A stretch of 64,000 nucleotides of DNA from Vicugna vicugna (lineage: Eukaryota), in the NCBI GenBank assembly GCA_013265495.1, contig MU062032.1:62001-126000 (forward strand). The letters are read 5' to 3'. This document shows positions 27,975 through 40,682 of this stretch, piece by piece (the stretch's first letter is position 1; every line of letters begins with the position of its first letter). Under the pieces are notes generated by a model that did no database searches, was not told where the DNA came from, and was given only the letters and a program-made list of their open reading frames with translations. A program made the position numbers and the translations under genes.

Positions 27975-29400
27975 CTTTATTGATTGAACTATTACAACTG
28001 AACTACTAAATCTAAATATGTCAGACAAAAAAGTAGTCACTGGATAATGTCTTAAAACAATTATGGTCTCTGCTCCCAGGAATGTGGTATCAACAAAGAA
28101 AGAAAAAATAAACAAATTGTTGTAGTAGGTTCCATGAAATAAATAAAGCCCTGATACCTAGAAATCTATGTAGGTAGTGAAGGATGTCTTCTCTGAGGAA
28201 GTCAATTGTCCTGGTTCAAACAATGAGTCCTGGGGACAAAGAGTGTTGCAAGCAGAGAAACGAGCTTCCGCCATGTAAAAGATTTGGTTTTTATTCAAGT
28301 GCAGTGGAAAGTCATGGATGAGTTTACAAGCAGGGAAGTAAGAGGAGGTGATTTATGTTTAAAACAATTGATCTGGCTGTTGTGGGAAGAGTGAATTATA
28401 GAAGGGTAAGAGTATAGGCAAGGAGATACGGTGAGGGAAACTGCACTGGTCCAGGCAAGATGTGATGGGAAACTGGACTAGGAATAGTGACAGTAGAGAT
28501 CAAAGCAGGTAAACAGATTTTTAAATACATTTCGGAGGAAGATGTGTCAGTATTGCTGATATTTGGATGTATGGAATGATGCAGAGGGAGGCATTAGGAA
28601 TATTCGTAGCCCTCCAGCTTGAACAACTGGGTAGATGGTGTCCTGCAGTGAAAAGATGAAGGCTGGGAAAGAAATAAGTGGGAAGGTAGGTGGTAATCAA
28701 GGAATTCATCTTAATCTGCGTAGTGGAGATTACAGTGAGTTTGCAACTGGAGATTTCAAGATACAGTTGAATATTTGAATTTGGAGCCTGGAAGAAAGTC
28801 TTGGGCTAAAGATAAAACAGGATAGTTAAAGCCATAGAAATGGATGAAGTCACTGATGAAAAAAAGGCTGAAAGAAGTGTAAAGAATCTGGGACCAAGCT
28901 CTGGAGTCATCAAGAAAACAAACAAAAAACTGAGAAGATAAAGTCAAAAAACTCTGAGGCACACCAGGAGAGAGTAGTGTCTTGGAAGTCAAGGGAAGGC
29001 AGTACTTCAAGAAAGGGGTGGTCTACCCTCCTAAACAGTGATGAAATTAGAATAGAAAAAGAAGCGTTCTTCTCAACAGTAGAGGCATCGTTGATAACCA
29101 TGGAATAAATAGCTTCGCAGTGGAGTGTGGATGGGAAGATGTAGCCCAGACTGGAGTGGAGTGAGGAAGAAATGTGACGTGAGGCAGTGGAGGCAGCAGG
29201 TGTAAACAATTCTGGAACAGCTGTTCTGTAAAGGGAAATAGAAAAAAGGACTGTCTGGATGGGAATATGAGACTCAGAGAGCATTTTTCCTGAAGAGTAA
29301 AGACTAGATACGTTCATTACTAATGGGGAAGGTAAGGCAGAGAAAGAGTTTGCAATTAAACTGCAATTAAAGCAATGCAAAGCCTATGAGATGCCTACGG
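27975..29400 (-). mobile_element. L2 LINE fragment (~1.4 kb)
   Basis: Purine-rich antisense L2 signature, e.g. GAGAGTAGTGTCTTGGAAGTCAAGGGAAGG and GGAGTGAGGAAGAAATGTGACGTGAGGCAGTGGAGGCAGC. Confidence 0.75.
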
Positions 29401-30196
29401 CAGGTGGGGAGTTTGATCTTCAATAGACAGAGGAATTTTTTCAATAATAGAGAATGAGGTAAAGATGGATATAGATGCAGGAAAGTGGAAAACGAGGACA
29501 TGCAGATTTTATCATTTGAGTAAGATGCAGAATTATGACATGAGAGGTAGGGAAGGTGTGGGGCAGAAATTCTGAGAGAAGAGAAATGTCTAGCAAGCTG
29601 TCTGAAGCTTTAGGAAGTATTCACATATAAGCGTATCCCTAACATTTGTTAGAGGCTTAAAGCATGTTGACAGACAGATTAAAGTATGGCATTTTAGTTA
29701 GAAAAACGGATTCACAATTAATTTCCAGACAATAACTCAAGACAAATTTTTGCATATACCAGATTAAGTTCAAAAATACTTTTTGCAAAAATCTTTCAAA
29801 GGCTCATCTAGAAGAGTAACACTTGTCAATGTGCTCCAGCCATGGCCCAGAGACTGTATCACCAAGACCCCAGGATAGAAGAAAGCAGTCAGCATTACAT
29901 GTCTCCTAATTGCCCCAATCCTCTAACTTGTGTGAAAGAAGCTGATGAAGTCAAAGGGTTTTGCTCAGTATAAGTTTTAGATATTTGCATATCAGAGATC
30001 CCATAATTACATGCAGATAGCCATTTTGGACCATGTTTTATATGGATAATTGAGATGCTTATACCACTTATTTTGTATTTTTAAAATACATTTTTTCTGT
30101 GACCACCTTTAAAAAGCCCCTTTTACTGGTTCTACTTGAGACTGTTTTCCAAAACCACTTCCAAAATTCGGCACTCTGAGTAAAAATGCTCAAAAC

Positions 30197-30328
30197 NNNN
30201 NNNNNNNNNNNNNNNNNNNNNNNNNNNNNNNNNNNNNNNNNNNNNNNNNNNNNNNNNNNNNNNNNNNNNNNNNNNNNNNNNNNNNNNNNNNNNNNNNNNN
30301 NNNNNNNNNNNNNNNNNNNNNNNNNNNN
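30197..30328. other. N gap (132 nt)
   Basis: Run of N. Confidence 0.99.
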
Positions 30329-31837
30329 TTCAGAATCCAGATGACTGAATGTCACATTCAGTTACCTTTATAAACCCCCAAATCAAAGTTTCTAATGTCA
30401 ACACTTGCCTCACTCATCACTCTTGCTTCTCAACTCCCAATTTATTGGTAATTCTTTACCACCCCTTGCCACTTACTGTCTGCAGGGCTTGAGTGCTCAG
30501 AGCAGCTAAGCAGGCTTCTGGAATCAAACAGCTTTAAAAGTTCCACAAATTTCACACTGAAAATGGGAAAACATAAAAACAGTGCATGTCAAAATGTCAT
30601 CCCATGTTGACAGTAAATCACTTAGCTACCATTTAGTTTGTCTTTGGTGTACTATTGGGAACCACTAGCAGCTGCTGTGCGTGTGCCTGTGTGTATGCGT
30701 GCATGTGTGCTTCAGTGCAGTTTCTTAAGCCCTTGGAAAATGCTGCAGCTTTTGCCTCCATTCTTCTTTTTTAACCTTTTACAAATAGCCAAAATTATGT
30801 ATGGATGTGCGATTTTACTGTCCTTTTCTCTCAAATGCTGGCAATAAAAGTTGATTTGCACTAACAAGCTAAAAGCTCTGAGTGCTACCAGACTCTGCTG
30901 CCTTCCAGGAAGGAGAGCAGCTATCAGATCCTATGATGGTAGAAAGTATTTTCACAATAGACATCACAAAGATTTAGAATCCAAAGTTGGGATCCAAACT
31001 ATTGTTCAGAAGTCAGTCAGTATAGAAGAAAAGATTCAACGGAAAATTGGTCAGAGTACAAACTATCTTCCTCTTCTGCTGCTTCTGATTTCAGTACAGT
31101 CCAGATAAACTATAGCTGCTGCAATTTCAGCCCTCCCTACCCTCCTCCACACTTTGCAAGGATTCTGACTATGGTAGGCTCAAGGGGTTAGCAATAAGAT
31201 ATCAACATGTTTACGAGAAAATACGTGCTAGAAATATCCTATCTTTATGCCATTGGCTGGCAGTTGAAACTTCCATTAGTTAGTTACAAAGAAAAGTAGA
31301 AAATACAGTCAAAGAATATGTTAAAAATTAAAATATTCCTCTGATTATATGCACCTATTTTTCCCATTTTACATTTCATTGGCAAATTTACTAAATTTGA
31401 AAAAAAAATGTTAATTTGAAAAGATGTTACTGTGGTCCTGCAGAGAATTGTGGGCTAGAAATACAAAGCTGCCAATTTGCTAAAGTAGATTTGCCTAAAA
31501 TATGTATATATTTTCTTCTTAAAAGGCGAAATTATAACTGGGTGGTTTCAAATTTCAACCAGCACACAGAATAGGCATACAACCACTATTTAACCACCAT
31601 GATTATGCTGTTCAGGCAAACAAAAAGGTGTCCCTAGAAAGGGTGGAGATTCCATGAAAAAAATGAATGTGTCTGAAAGGAAGAATATAGTTCATATTAA
31701 CAGAAAGGCTAACCCATTTTTGCATCTTGGCCTTTCTCCCATCAATCAAAACCAGAAGGACATAAGTGGAATATTACAATGAGTTTAGGGAAAAAAATGT
31801 TTGTCAAACCATTAAGTCACTTCATACAGTATAGACA

Positions 31838-31914
31838 AGAAGTAGAATGGTAGTGGTCTCAGAGTTTGGGCTTTGGAGCCAAATAGTCTCCGTGTTCTAA
31901 TCCAAGCTGCCATT
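31838..31914 (+). mobile_element. MIR 5' (tRNA-derived) head, truncated by the duplicated segment
   Basis: TAGAATGGTAGTGGTCTCAGAGTTTGGGCTTTGGAGCC...CTAATCCAAGCTGCCATT. Confidence 0.5.
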
Positions 31915-32526
31915 TGTAGTGAGTTCCATGAAAGAAATAAAGCCCTGATACCTAGAAATCTATGTAGGTAGTGAAGGATGTCTTTTCTGAGGAAGTCAAT
32001 AGCCCAGGTCTAAAGAATGAGAACTGGGGACAAAAAGTGTTGCAGGCAGAAAAGTTAGCTTCAGCCATGTTAAGGATTTGGTTTTTATTCAAGTGCAGTG
32101 GGAAGTCATGGATGAGTTTACAAGCAGGCAAGTAAGAGGAGGTGATTTATGTTTAAAACAACTGACCTGGGGGCAGGGAGATATGGTGGAGGAAACTGTA
32201 CTGGTCCAGGCAAGATGTGATGGGAAACTGGACAAGGAATAGTGAGAGTAGAGGTCAAGGAAGGCAAATGGATTTTAATTACATTTGGGGGGAAAAAAGG
32301 GTCAGTATTTGCTGATATTTGGATATATGGAATGATGCAGAGGGAAGCTTTAGGAATATCTGTAGCCCTCCGGCTTGAACAACTGGGTAGATGGTGCCCT
32401 ACAGTGAAAAGATGAAGGCTTGGAAAGAAATCAGTGGGAGGATACGTGGTAATCAAGGAATCCATTTTAATCTGTACAGTGGAGATTTTAAGGTGAAGTT
32501 GGGTATTAGAACTTGGAGCCCAGAAG
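31915..32526 (+). repeat. Direct-orientation duplicate of 28121-28794 (L2-derived)
   Basis: Aligned by eye; long identical runs such as AAATAAAGCCCTGATACCTAGAAATCTATGTAGGTAGTGAAGGATGTCTT occur in both copies. Confidence 0.97.
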
Positions 32527-34113
32527 CTGTAAATGACACTTTATAAATTTTGCTCAAATATCAGTAACTTCCAGGTATAATTCTATACATAGAAATGGAC
32601 ACAGATACTACATGCATGAAGTCTGTTTTTTATGTAGAGCTGTACTGTTCCTCTATTATAGAATGGATAAAAAGTTCATTTGGATTTTATTCTTAGAAAA
32701 AAATTTAAGCAAGTCTAAGTAAGCTACAAGTCCATTAAAAGCAATAGAAAGAGATAGAGATCAGCTCTAAGTAAATCCTGTGCAAAGGAATTTATCTTTC
32801 AAGTATTCACCTCTTCTGGAAGATAAGAAAGATTTTCTTAACCAATTAATTGAGACTGTTAACAAAATGTCATGGCAAATAAACTCAAATTTTACATCAA
32901 GAATCCATTTTTTATTGCAAACTTGGCAAGAACACTATAAACTTGTGTAAAGTGATGAGACAGCACTTCCAGAATCCCTGCTGCGCCTCATGATTAAGAT
33001 TTAAATCCATGGCTTATTGGGAAAAGAAAAAATGGTGACTGGGAATCAGTGGCAATACAGCTACTGATTCAGATTCTGAAGCAGCTATTCCCTGATCTCC
33101 TGATGAAAGATGAGACTGGTATTTGACGGTATGACATCATTACTACTCACCAGGTTAGTAGAGTTGACAACAGTGGGTGGAGAATTTGATAGGTTTTCCT
33201 GGGAACTATGAGACCAACCTGAGGTCGGGATAGCAACATCTTAGAAGGAATCTGCAATTTACCTGTTATGTTACTCAAACTCCACACAGCCATTAATTGA
33301 CTTCACATCAGTTAGTATACATATCTGCTTAGATGTCTGGATATTGGGCTCTTAGATGGAGTTTTTCATTTATCTTCATTTCTACCTGGGGACTAGTAAG
33401 ATGCTTCACACATAGCCAGAATTCATTTATTTGATAAAAACAGCACTCTGATTTTGCATGGTAAATTCTGGTTCCAATATTTTTATCCCACAAAAAATCT
33501 GTATTACAAATAATTAGTCAAAATGTATTTATTGAAGACTGACCACGTAGTCATTGTGCTTAATGTGTGTGCTCTTACGTGTGTGCAGTGTGTGTATGTG
33601 TAAGTTCTCAATGCTTCTTTTGTGAATAAATATGCAAAAAATTCAAGGAGAGTTCATTTAGGCTAAATTTGTCAATGGATGCTCAATGGAAAAGGTGGGA
33701 CTTGAGCCATCTTTTGGGAAGAAACAGGTAGAGAAATAAGGAGCCAGCAACAACTTCAATATTTGGATAAGGACAATTACCCACTGAAAGAACTTTGCCT
33801 TGACAAGGAGCTAATACACAATGTGTTCCCATTGTCATCTTAGTAAACAGCTTTGTCCCCAATGCACAGAAGGAGACTAATTGTGGCTCCCAGGAAAAGC
33901 GGTAAATTAGGTTCAGACTGATGTTTTGCTTACAGCTGGAATCATCCCCAGGATTTTAAATTTCATAAGATGTGTGTGAAACCAAGGGAATCTGGGTAGT
34001 TGAATGGGGATGTCAGCTGTCCCTAAGAGTTTAATGCCATTTATGTCATTTTTTTTAGATGGTATGAACTTCTTAGGGACAGCTGACACCCCCTTTCAAT
34101 AACCCAGGTTCTC

Positions 34114-34402
34114 AAACTTATTTACAAAACAGAAACAGACTCAGATATAGAAAACAAACTAATGGTTATCAAAGGGGAAAGGGGATAAATTAGGAGTTTG
34201 AGATTAGCAGATACACACTACTATATATATATAAAATAAACAACAAGGTCCTACTATATAGCACAGGGAACTATATTCAATATCTTGTAGTAAGCCATAA
34301 TGAAAAAGAATATATATATATACATATATGTATAACTGAATCACTGTACTGTACACCAGAAACTAACACAACATTGTAAATCAACTAGATTTCAATAAAA
34401 AA
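34114..34402 (+). mobile_element. 5'-truncated cetartiodactyl-type L1 3' UTR with A tail
   Basis: ACAAAACAGAAACAGACTC...AGCACAGGGAACTATATTCAATATCTTGTA...CATTGTAAATCAACTA...AATAAAAAA, close to the recalled consensus. Confidence 0.9.
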
Positions 34403-34825
34403 GAAGTTCATGCCAGTATCAGAGTACAAAAATGATGATCATATGGCTTCTGTAACTACTATTACTACTACGTCTGATGAGTTTGTATTTTGTTTTAATA
34501 GATAAAGGACTTATTGCCTAGAATCCAACCTGATAACTTCATTTTCTGAGTGGACATTACTCCTGTTCGTGCTGGCTATTGTGGTCCACATAAAAATGAA
34601 TAAAGTTGGTTGAGTCTCAACTCCAACACTTTGAAACAAAAGCTATTATGAAACTTTTCAAGAAATTTTAAGTCCTGAAATCTGATTCACCACTAGTTGA
34701 TTAAATCTGCCAACGTGCATCTGTCAAGGTGCAGTGAAGACAGGAAGGGATGTAGAAATGTATCTAAAGCATAAGCTTGATTCTACGTTTCTGTACTATC
34801 CACTATAAGGAGCAATTTTGAAAAA

Positions 34826-35060
34826 CTTTTTATTATGGATATCTTCAAACATGTAAACTAGATAGAATAGTAAAATGTATTCTCATGTACCCATGAAAAG
34901 CAACAGTAATTATCAATACTTGGCAAGTCTTGTTTCATCTAAGTGTTCACCCACTCCCTCTTTTTCCCTCAAGGATTATTTTAAAGAAAATTCAAGAAAT
35001 CACGTCATTTCATCTATAAATACTGTCATTATTTGTCTCTAAGCCATTAAAACTCTTGTT
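34826..35060 (-). mobile_element. Old L1M (L1MB-like) 3' end
   Basis: TTTTATTATGGATATCTTCAAACAT...ATGTACCCAT...CAAGTCTTGTTTCATCTA. Confidence 0.65.
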
Positions 35061-37009
35061 TACATAAGAATAAAACCATGGTATGATTTTAAAGGTTGCA
35101 GGGATAACTCCTATGTCCTCAACTTGTTTTTACCAAGGTCTAAAATTCTACAGACTTACTGTTCTTTATTGGAAGATAAAATACTAACACCTCATCTGAA
35201 CTGCCACAACTAAAACCTTTTAAGTTATGACTTATTAAAGAAAAGGTACCTGAATTTGTGAAAGATCATGACTGGCCATTTTTGTGGCCATTTTTGCAAT
35301 TGTATCTGTAATAGGCACAGACGTCTAAGAAAGTTCAGAAACTGTGACAAGGTCCTCAAGATCCTAAGGTTATCTGTTCCTTGAGGGTAAATAATAGTCA
35401 CAAGTGTGCAAGATCACAGAACAGTGGGTGACAGAGGTAGGTTTCTAAGCCAAGTCTCCAAAGGCTACATCTTAACTTCTGGCTTTTCCCCACTGTCCAT
35501 CCCTTTCTTGGATAACTTTCCTGGAACTAATGTTTAGTCTTCTGTAATCCTGCCTATAAGTGTATCACCCAAGAATGTTTCTCTTTTCTAGTCTTCCTTG
35601 CTCCAAACTCCCCATTGTCAATCAAATGTATTGGATTTCTTTAATGTATCAAACAGAAGAAAACAGATACAGTTATGTTGCACATTAGAACAGACTGAAA
35701 TTCCAATTCTTGCTTCTAGTACAACATGATTATTATCAGCTGTAGAGAACTGGAATTCTGAAAATTCCTTTCAAACCCAATGGCTTCCTTGAGATTCCCT
35801 GAATTCATTTCCAGTGTGTACTGATGAGTGAGCTTGAAGGAAATGAACTAGAAGACATGCAAATTATTTCAGACTGCAGCAGCCTGAAGAGGACTACAGA
35901 AGATAAAACTTGTAAGTTCCTACGCCAAACAGCAGCCCATGCATCTTGATGGGTTAAGACAAAATTTACTCAATTTTATAGGGAAGGCTTCCTCCGCTCT
36001 TCACATGAAAACTTCATCTGTTGCAGAAAGAAAAGAATGTGCCAATGAAGCTTATGAAGTATTGGCATGTTAAATATAGAGGATTCTAACAAAAACTCTA
36101 GCCACTACAGGTCACCTACCCCTTCCTGTCACAACCAGTACTCAACAGGTGGCAAGGAAGGGCATGCAAATTCTGAGCTATTTATCATGCTTTGGTGAAC
36201 AGAGAGCCTGAGATCAACTACATGATTCCAATGAGGTGTTTTCTGCTAACTCAATATAAATAAGAAAGCGGATTATGATAGTCAATGTCCTTCTGGAGGC
36301 TGTAGTTCTAGTGCCTCATCAAACTTACAGTAGTGGTTGCTCTCCAGTGCTCCCTTCTCCCTGCTTAACTAAATCCCTTCCTTCTTCCCAAGTCTAGTGC
36401 AAGTTCCCCTTCCCTCGTAAGCCTCACTCAATGACCATAGACTTTAGACATTGTTTCCTTATCTTCATTCTTGTTTAACTTATTGTCTTTTTCACTTTAC
36501 TGGAAAATTAAAAGATGCCTTAAAAGTAATTTTAAGCAGGCACCAAATCAGAGGGATGATCATATGTAAATCTAAAAAAATACTTTGTATGTCTCTGTTT
36601 ACAACTATTTTTTGCTACATAGGATGTAAGGATTATTGATATTATGTTATAAAAGCTGGGTATAATAGGAATTCTGAGAAGGAATGTGTAAAAGTGGGCA
36701 GCATTCCAGAGGGATGTAGTTCTCATATGCAGTAGGATCACTTTCTAGCAAGCTGTTTACTACCTGGTGCCCCATGAAAAGTGACAGAGTAGAGCAAAAG
36801 GGCCACAGTGAGCCGCCCTAGGCTCCAAGCAAACTCAGCTGTGTACTCCTGCGCCTATACCCTTATTCAATAAGTAACAGCTGTATCTTTTTTTTGCATT
36901 GAAGACAAGCTTTAATCTAGTCATTGTTTTCCAGTAATAGAAAACTGTTGACTGTTAATCAATTGACATCTAACATATATTTAACTTATATTTTTCCATT
37001 GGCTTATTT

Positions 37010-37315
37010 TTGAAGTGAAAGCAAATTTATACAGAGAGATACACACTCCACAGACACAGTGTGGTCTATCTCATTCAGAAGGGAAAATGGCTTAGGAGAT
37101 AACACGCTCCGTAGGCAGAATGTGGGCATCTCAGAAAGGTGAGAGGGAGAGAGACTGAGAGGTGGAGGGGTATCTAGTTTAAAATAGAAGTAGGTACACA
37201 CTCCATAGACGGAGTGTGGGCCATCTCAGAAGGCAAGAAAGAGAGCGACCACAAGGTGCGGAGTTGTTAGGTTTTATGGGCTTGGAATTTTCATATGCTA
37301 ATGAGTAGGAGGAAC
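37010..37315 (-). mobile_element. ERV1-type LTR fragment with triplicated R-region motif
   Basis: GAAGTGAAAGCAAATTTATAC plus three ACAC(A/G)CTCC...TGTGG...TCTCA units. Confidence 0.6.
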
Positions 37316-38627
37316 CTCCATCTCACCATCTTTCTAAAACACAAGTTTCGAGAAAGGGGGTAAGTAATTTGGAACTTGACTCATCAAGGACATGAATCTT
37401 AGTCATCTAGCACGTGACTGATTTGTTCCATCTGCCAGAAATCCACTGGCTTTTTATCTTTCTCTTTAACTAAGTTGTAAACCCACTGAAAATAAGACTC
37501 CCCATTTTTGCTATCCTCATGCACAACTCATTGCCTCAGGCAAAATATACTGTCGATGCAGTATTCATTTGCCATTGCTGGTAACAGTCTAAGTAAACAC
37601 TGGAGTGCTAAAATATTTGCGAAGCCTCTTCTTGAGGAGAAAGGTGGTTTTACCCGATAATTCCCTTGTAGCCCACAGTCACACATAGAGGTAAAATAGA
37701 TTTTGAGATGAATAAGAATACTAACTTAAAATGTCTAATGGGAATAACAGAATATTAAGTCTATCACTTATTTTACTGTGATTCAAAGTATTTAGATCTA
37801 TTCTAAGTTATTACTACCGTAGACATTTTCTGGAGATTTTAATCTTAGATTCTCTCACAGCTATTTACAGTCAGTAGCTCAAATGGCTGTAAGATAATTC
37901 AAGTCTTGTATCATCTTTTACTACTTCTAGGTTTCCTATAAAATCTGAGAAAACAAGAGCTAAATCATTGAGCCTTTTTTTCCCCTCAAAATAACATTTA
38001 ATGAATTGCTATGCCTTTAATTTTTGTAGGGTAGATACAGACAAATCATTGCATAACTTTTAAATTTACTATAAAGTTTCAACGGAGGATATTGTGTATC
38101 ATACCATTCAGTGTCTATTGTACAGCAACCTAACATCAGATTCTTCTTTCAAAGTTTGGGACTAGAAAACTTTTTGTTTCCCTAAGGAAATTAAATGCAT
38201 TCAACTCTGTACACATCCTTGATTTGGATACCAGGCAGCTTACATGGTTTCTGTGCTCAATCCCCAAAACCATATTGAGCTTTCTTATCGGTACATGTGT
38301 TTTCTCTCCTTAGCTATGTTTCTGTATTGTTTGTGATTTTACTACTTCTTTTATATTGCATTTGTCATTTTAGTAACTGATTTAAATCCTTTCTGAAAGG
38401 ATGTGGTATACAATGTATTGAAATTGAAGTCACTCTTAGCATTAAATGAGCAGGCAAGCTCTGGGTACCAATATGAGCAATGGAGTGACACTCGCCTTGC
38501 TTGAGCTCCACTGAGCAGGCCTCTGAAAAGGCTGGATGATAAGAAGCTGTTTAAGAAAGCTCACCCAACCCACTAGAATAATGAGCTGTATATGGGGCCA
38601 ATAGACTAAATGCTTTCAGAAAATGCT

Positions 38628-39026
38628 GACTTTATTTCACTTAGCATGATACTCTTAAGGTCCATCCATGTTGTTGCAAATGGCAGGATCTCCCTCTTTC
38701 ACAGCTGTATAATATATATGTAAACACATATCACATTTCCTTTATCTTGTTCATCCACTGATGGACACTTAGGTTGCTTTCATGTCTTGGCTACTGTGAA
38801 TAAAGCTGTAATGAATGTGACAGTGTAGATACCCTTTGAAATACTAATTTCATCTTCCTCAGATATATACTCAAAGAGGGATTTCTGGATTATTTGGTTG
38901 TTCTATTTTTAACTTTTTGAGGAAACTCCGTACTGTTTTCCATAATGGCTGTACCAGTTTACATTCCTGCCAACAGTGCACCAGGTCTCCCTTTTCTGCA
39001 CATCCACACCAGCATTTGTTCTCTCT
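38628..39026 (-). mobile_element. L1MA-type 3' UTR / ORF2 C-terminal fragment
   Basis: TCACTTAGCATGATACTC...TCCATCCATGTTGTTGCAAATGGCAGGATC...GATGGACACTTAGGTTG; minus-strand ORF remnant [30 protein letters not shown] resembles the L1 ORF2p C-terminus. Confidence 0.88.
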
Positions 39027-39189
39027 NNNNNNNNNNNNNNNNNNNNNNNNNNNNNNNNNNNNNNNNNNNNNNNNNNNNNNNNNNNNNNNNNNNNNNNNNN
39101 NNNNNNNNNNNNNNNNNNNNNNNNNNNNNNNNNNNNNNNNNNNNNNNNNNNNNNNNNNNNNNNNNNNNNNNNNNNNNNNNNNNNNNNNN
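39027..39189. other. N gap (163 nt)
   Basis: Run of N; a plus-strand L1 tail (GTCAATTATATCTCAATAA) follows it. Confidence 0.99.
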
Positions 39190-39365
39190 CATGTCAATTA
39201 TATCTCAATAACGCTGGGGAGGTGGGGAAGAAAATATTGAACCTCTGCCTTCTGCTAGGAAAATAGTAACTGAATGGGATCTTGGAGATTGCAATTTAGA
39301 CAAGGAAATACAGTTTTCTCAAGATAGCCCAGGTTGTTAGTATAGCATTGATCATGAAAAAAGGT

Positions 39366-39424
39366 TTCTTGAATACCAGCATTTTTTTTTTTGACTTCTT
39401 GAATACCAGCATGGTTTTCCTGAC
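39366..39424. repeat. ~30 bp tandem duplication
   Basis: TTCTTGAATACCAGCAT at 39366-39382 and 39396-39412, each unit ending TGAC. Confidence 0.9.
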
Positions 39425-40682
39425 TGACTTTTGAACATCTTATCACTTCTTAGGTAATGGTGCCCGAAGGTCTGGGCCAAGACAGTCTAGACACAAGTTC
39501 GACTTGCTGGAGCCAAGGAGCAATTGTTTCCTGCCCTGGACAGGGGAGAAAGCATCAGGCCTCACTATCTCTGGGTCAGAGACCTGGAAAATAATAACTC
39601 TTTCTACATGTTCACTGACATCCCTGAGTACTCAGTAATGTGGGTGTCAAAAAGACAAAACCACATATTGTTACTTCCTTGCCATCATTTTGGGCAACAG
39701 CCAGATGGTCATAACCATTCAGCATCCAGATAAGTTTGGACAGGAGAGCCCAAGACCAAGACTGATGTTTGGCCACATGGGAAAGGGCTGGGAAGCCCTC
39801 AGGGCTGTCAAGCAAAATATCCATTTCTGGAGAAGTCAGTACAGAAATAAAGGACACAGTTGTCAAGAACAGAATTTGGGAAGTCAGGCCAGGAAGCTAA
39901 GTTTTGGTGTAAGTGGGCATCTGATCTTAGGGAAGAAGCTTCTCTATTTTAAAGTAAATTTCAGTTTTTATAGCGATTTTAGGTATACAAACATTGTGCA
40001 GAAAACAGAGTTCCTATATACCCCTCATGCCCACAGTTTCTCCTATTATTAACATCTTGTATTAATGTAGTATATTTGTACAACTGGTAGACCAACATTA
40101 ATACTCTTAATTAATGACCATAATTTATATTAGGGTTCACTCTTTGTCTTGCACAGTTCTCTGGGTTTTTATAAATGTGTAATAGCATGTATCCACTACT
40201 AGAGTATTACAGAGAACAGCTTTGCTGCACTAAATTTGCCCTAAGATCAAACTATTTAGCCCTAACCCCCTCCCCCTTAACTCCTGTTTCTACAGTTTTG
40301 CCTTTTGTAAAATGTCACATGTAGTTGGAATCATGCATTATGTAGCCTTTCAGACTGGTTTCTTCTACTTAGCAATATGCATTTAAGTTTCTTCCATGTC
40401 TCTTTGTAACCGGACAGCTCATTTCTCTTTATTGCTAAAACAATACACCTTGCATGGATATTCCAGTTTGTTTATCCATTTACTTATTGAAGGACATTTT
40501 TGTTTCCAATGTTTTGGCAATAATGAATAAAGCTGCTAAAAACATCTGTGTGCAAGTTTTTGGGGAGATGAAAGTTTTCAATGCATTTGAGTAAATACCA
40601 AGCAGTGTTACTGTTGGATTATATAGTAAACCTATGTTTGACTTCATAAGAAACTGCCAGTCTTCCAAAAGCAGCTGTACCA

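Noticed and set aside
28910-29380. 156-aa minus-strand ORF (longest in the track)
   Set aside because: It lies inside a decayed L2, has a non-ATG start and no recognisable domain; a chance or relic frame.
35273-35296. 12-bp perfect tandem duplication TGGCCATTTTTG x2 (similar small ones at 15818 and 16791)
   Set aside because: Ordinary slippage duplications with no wider structure.
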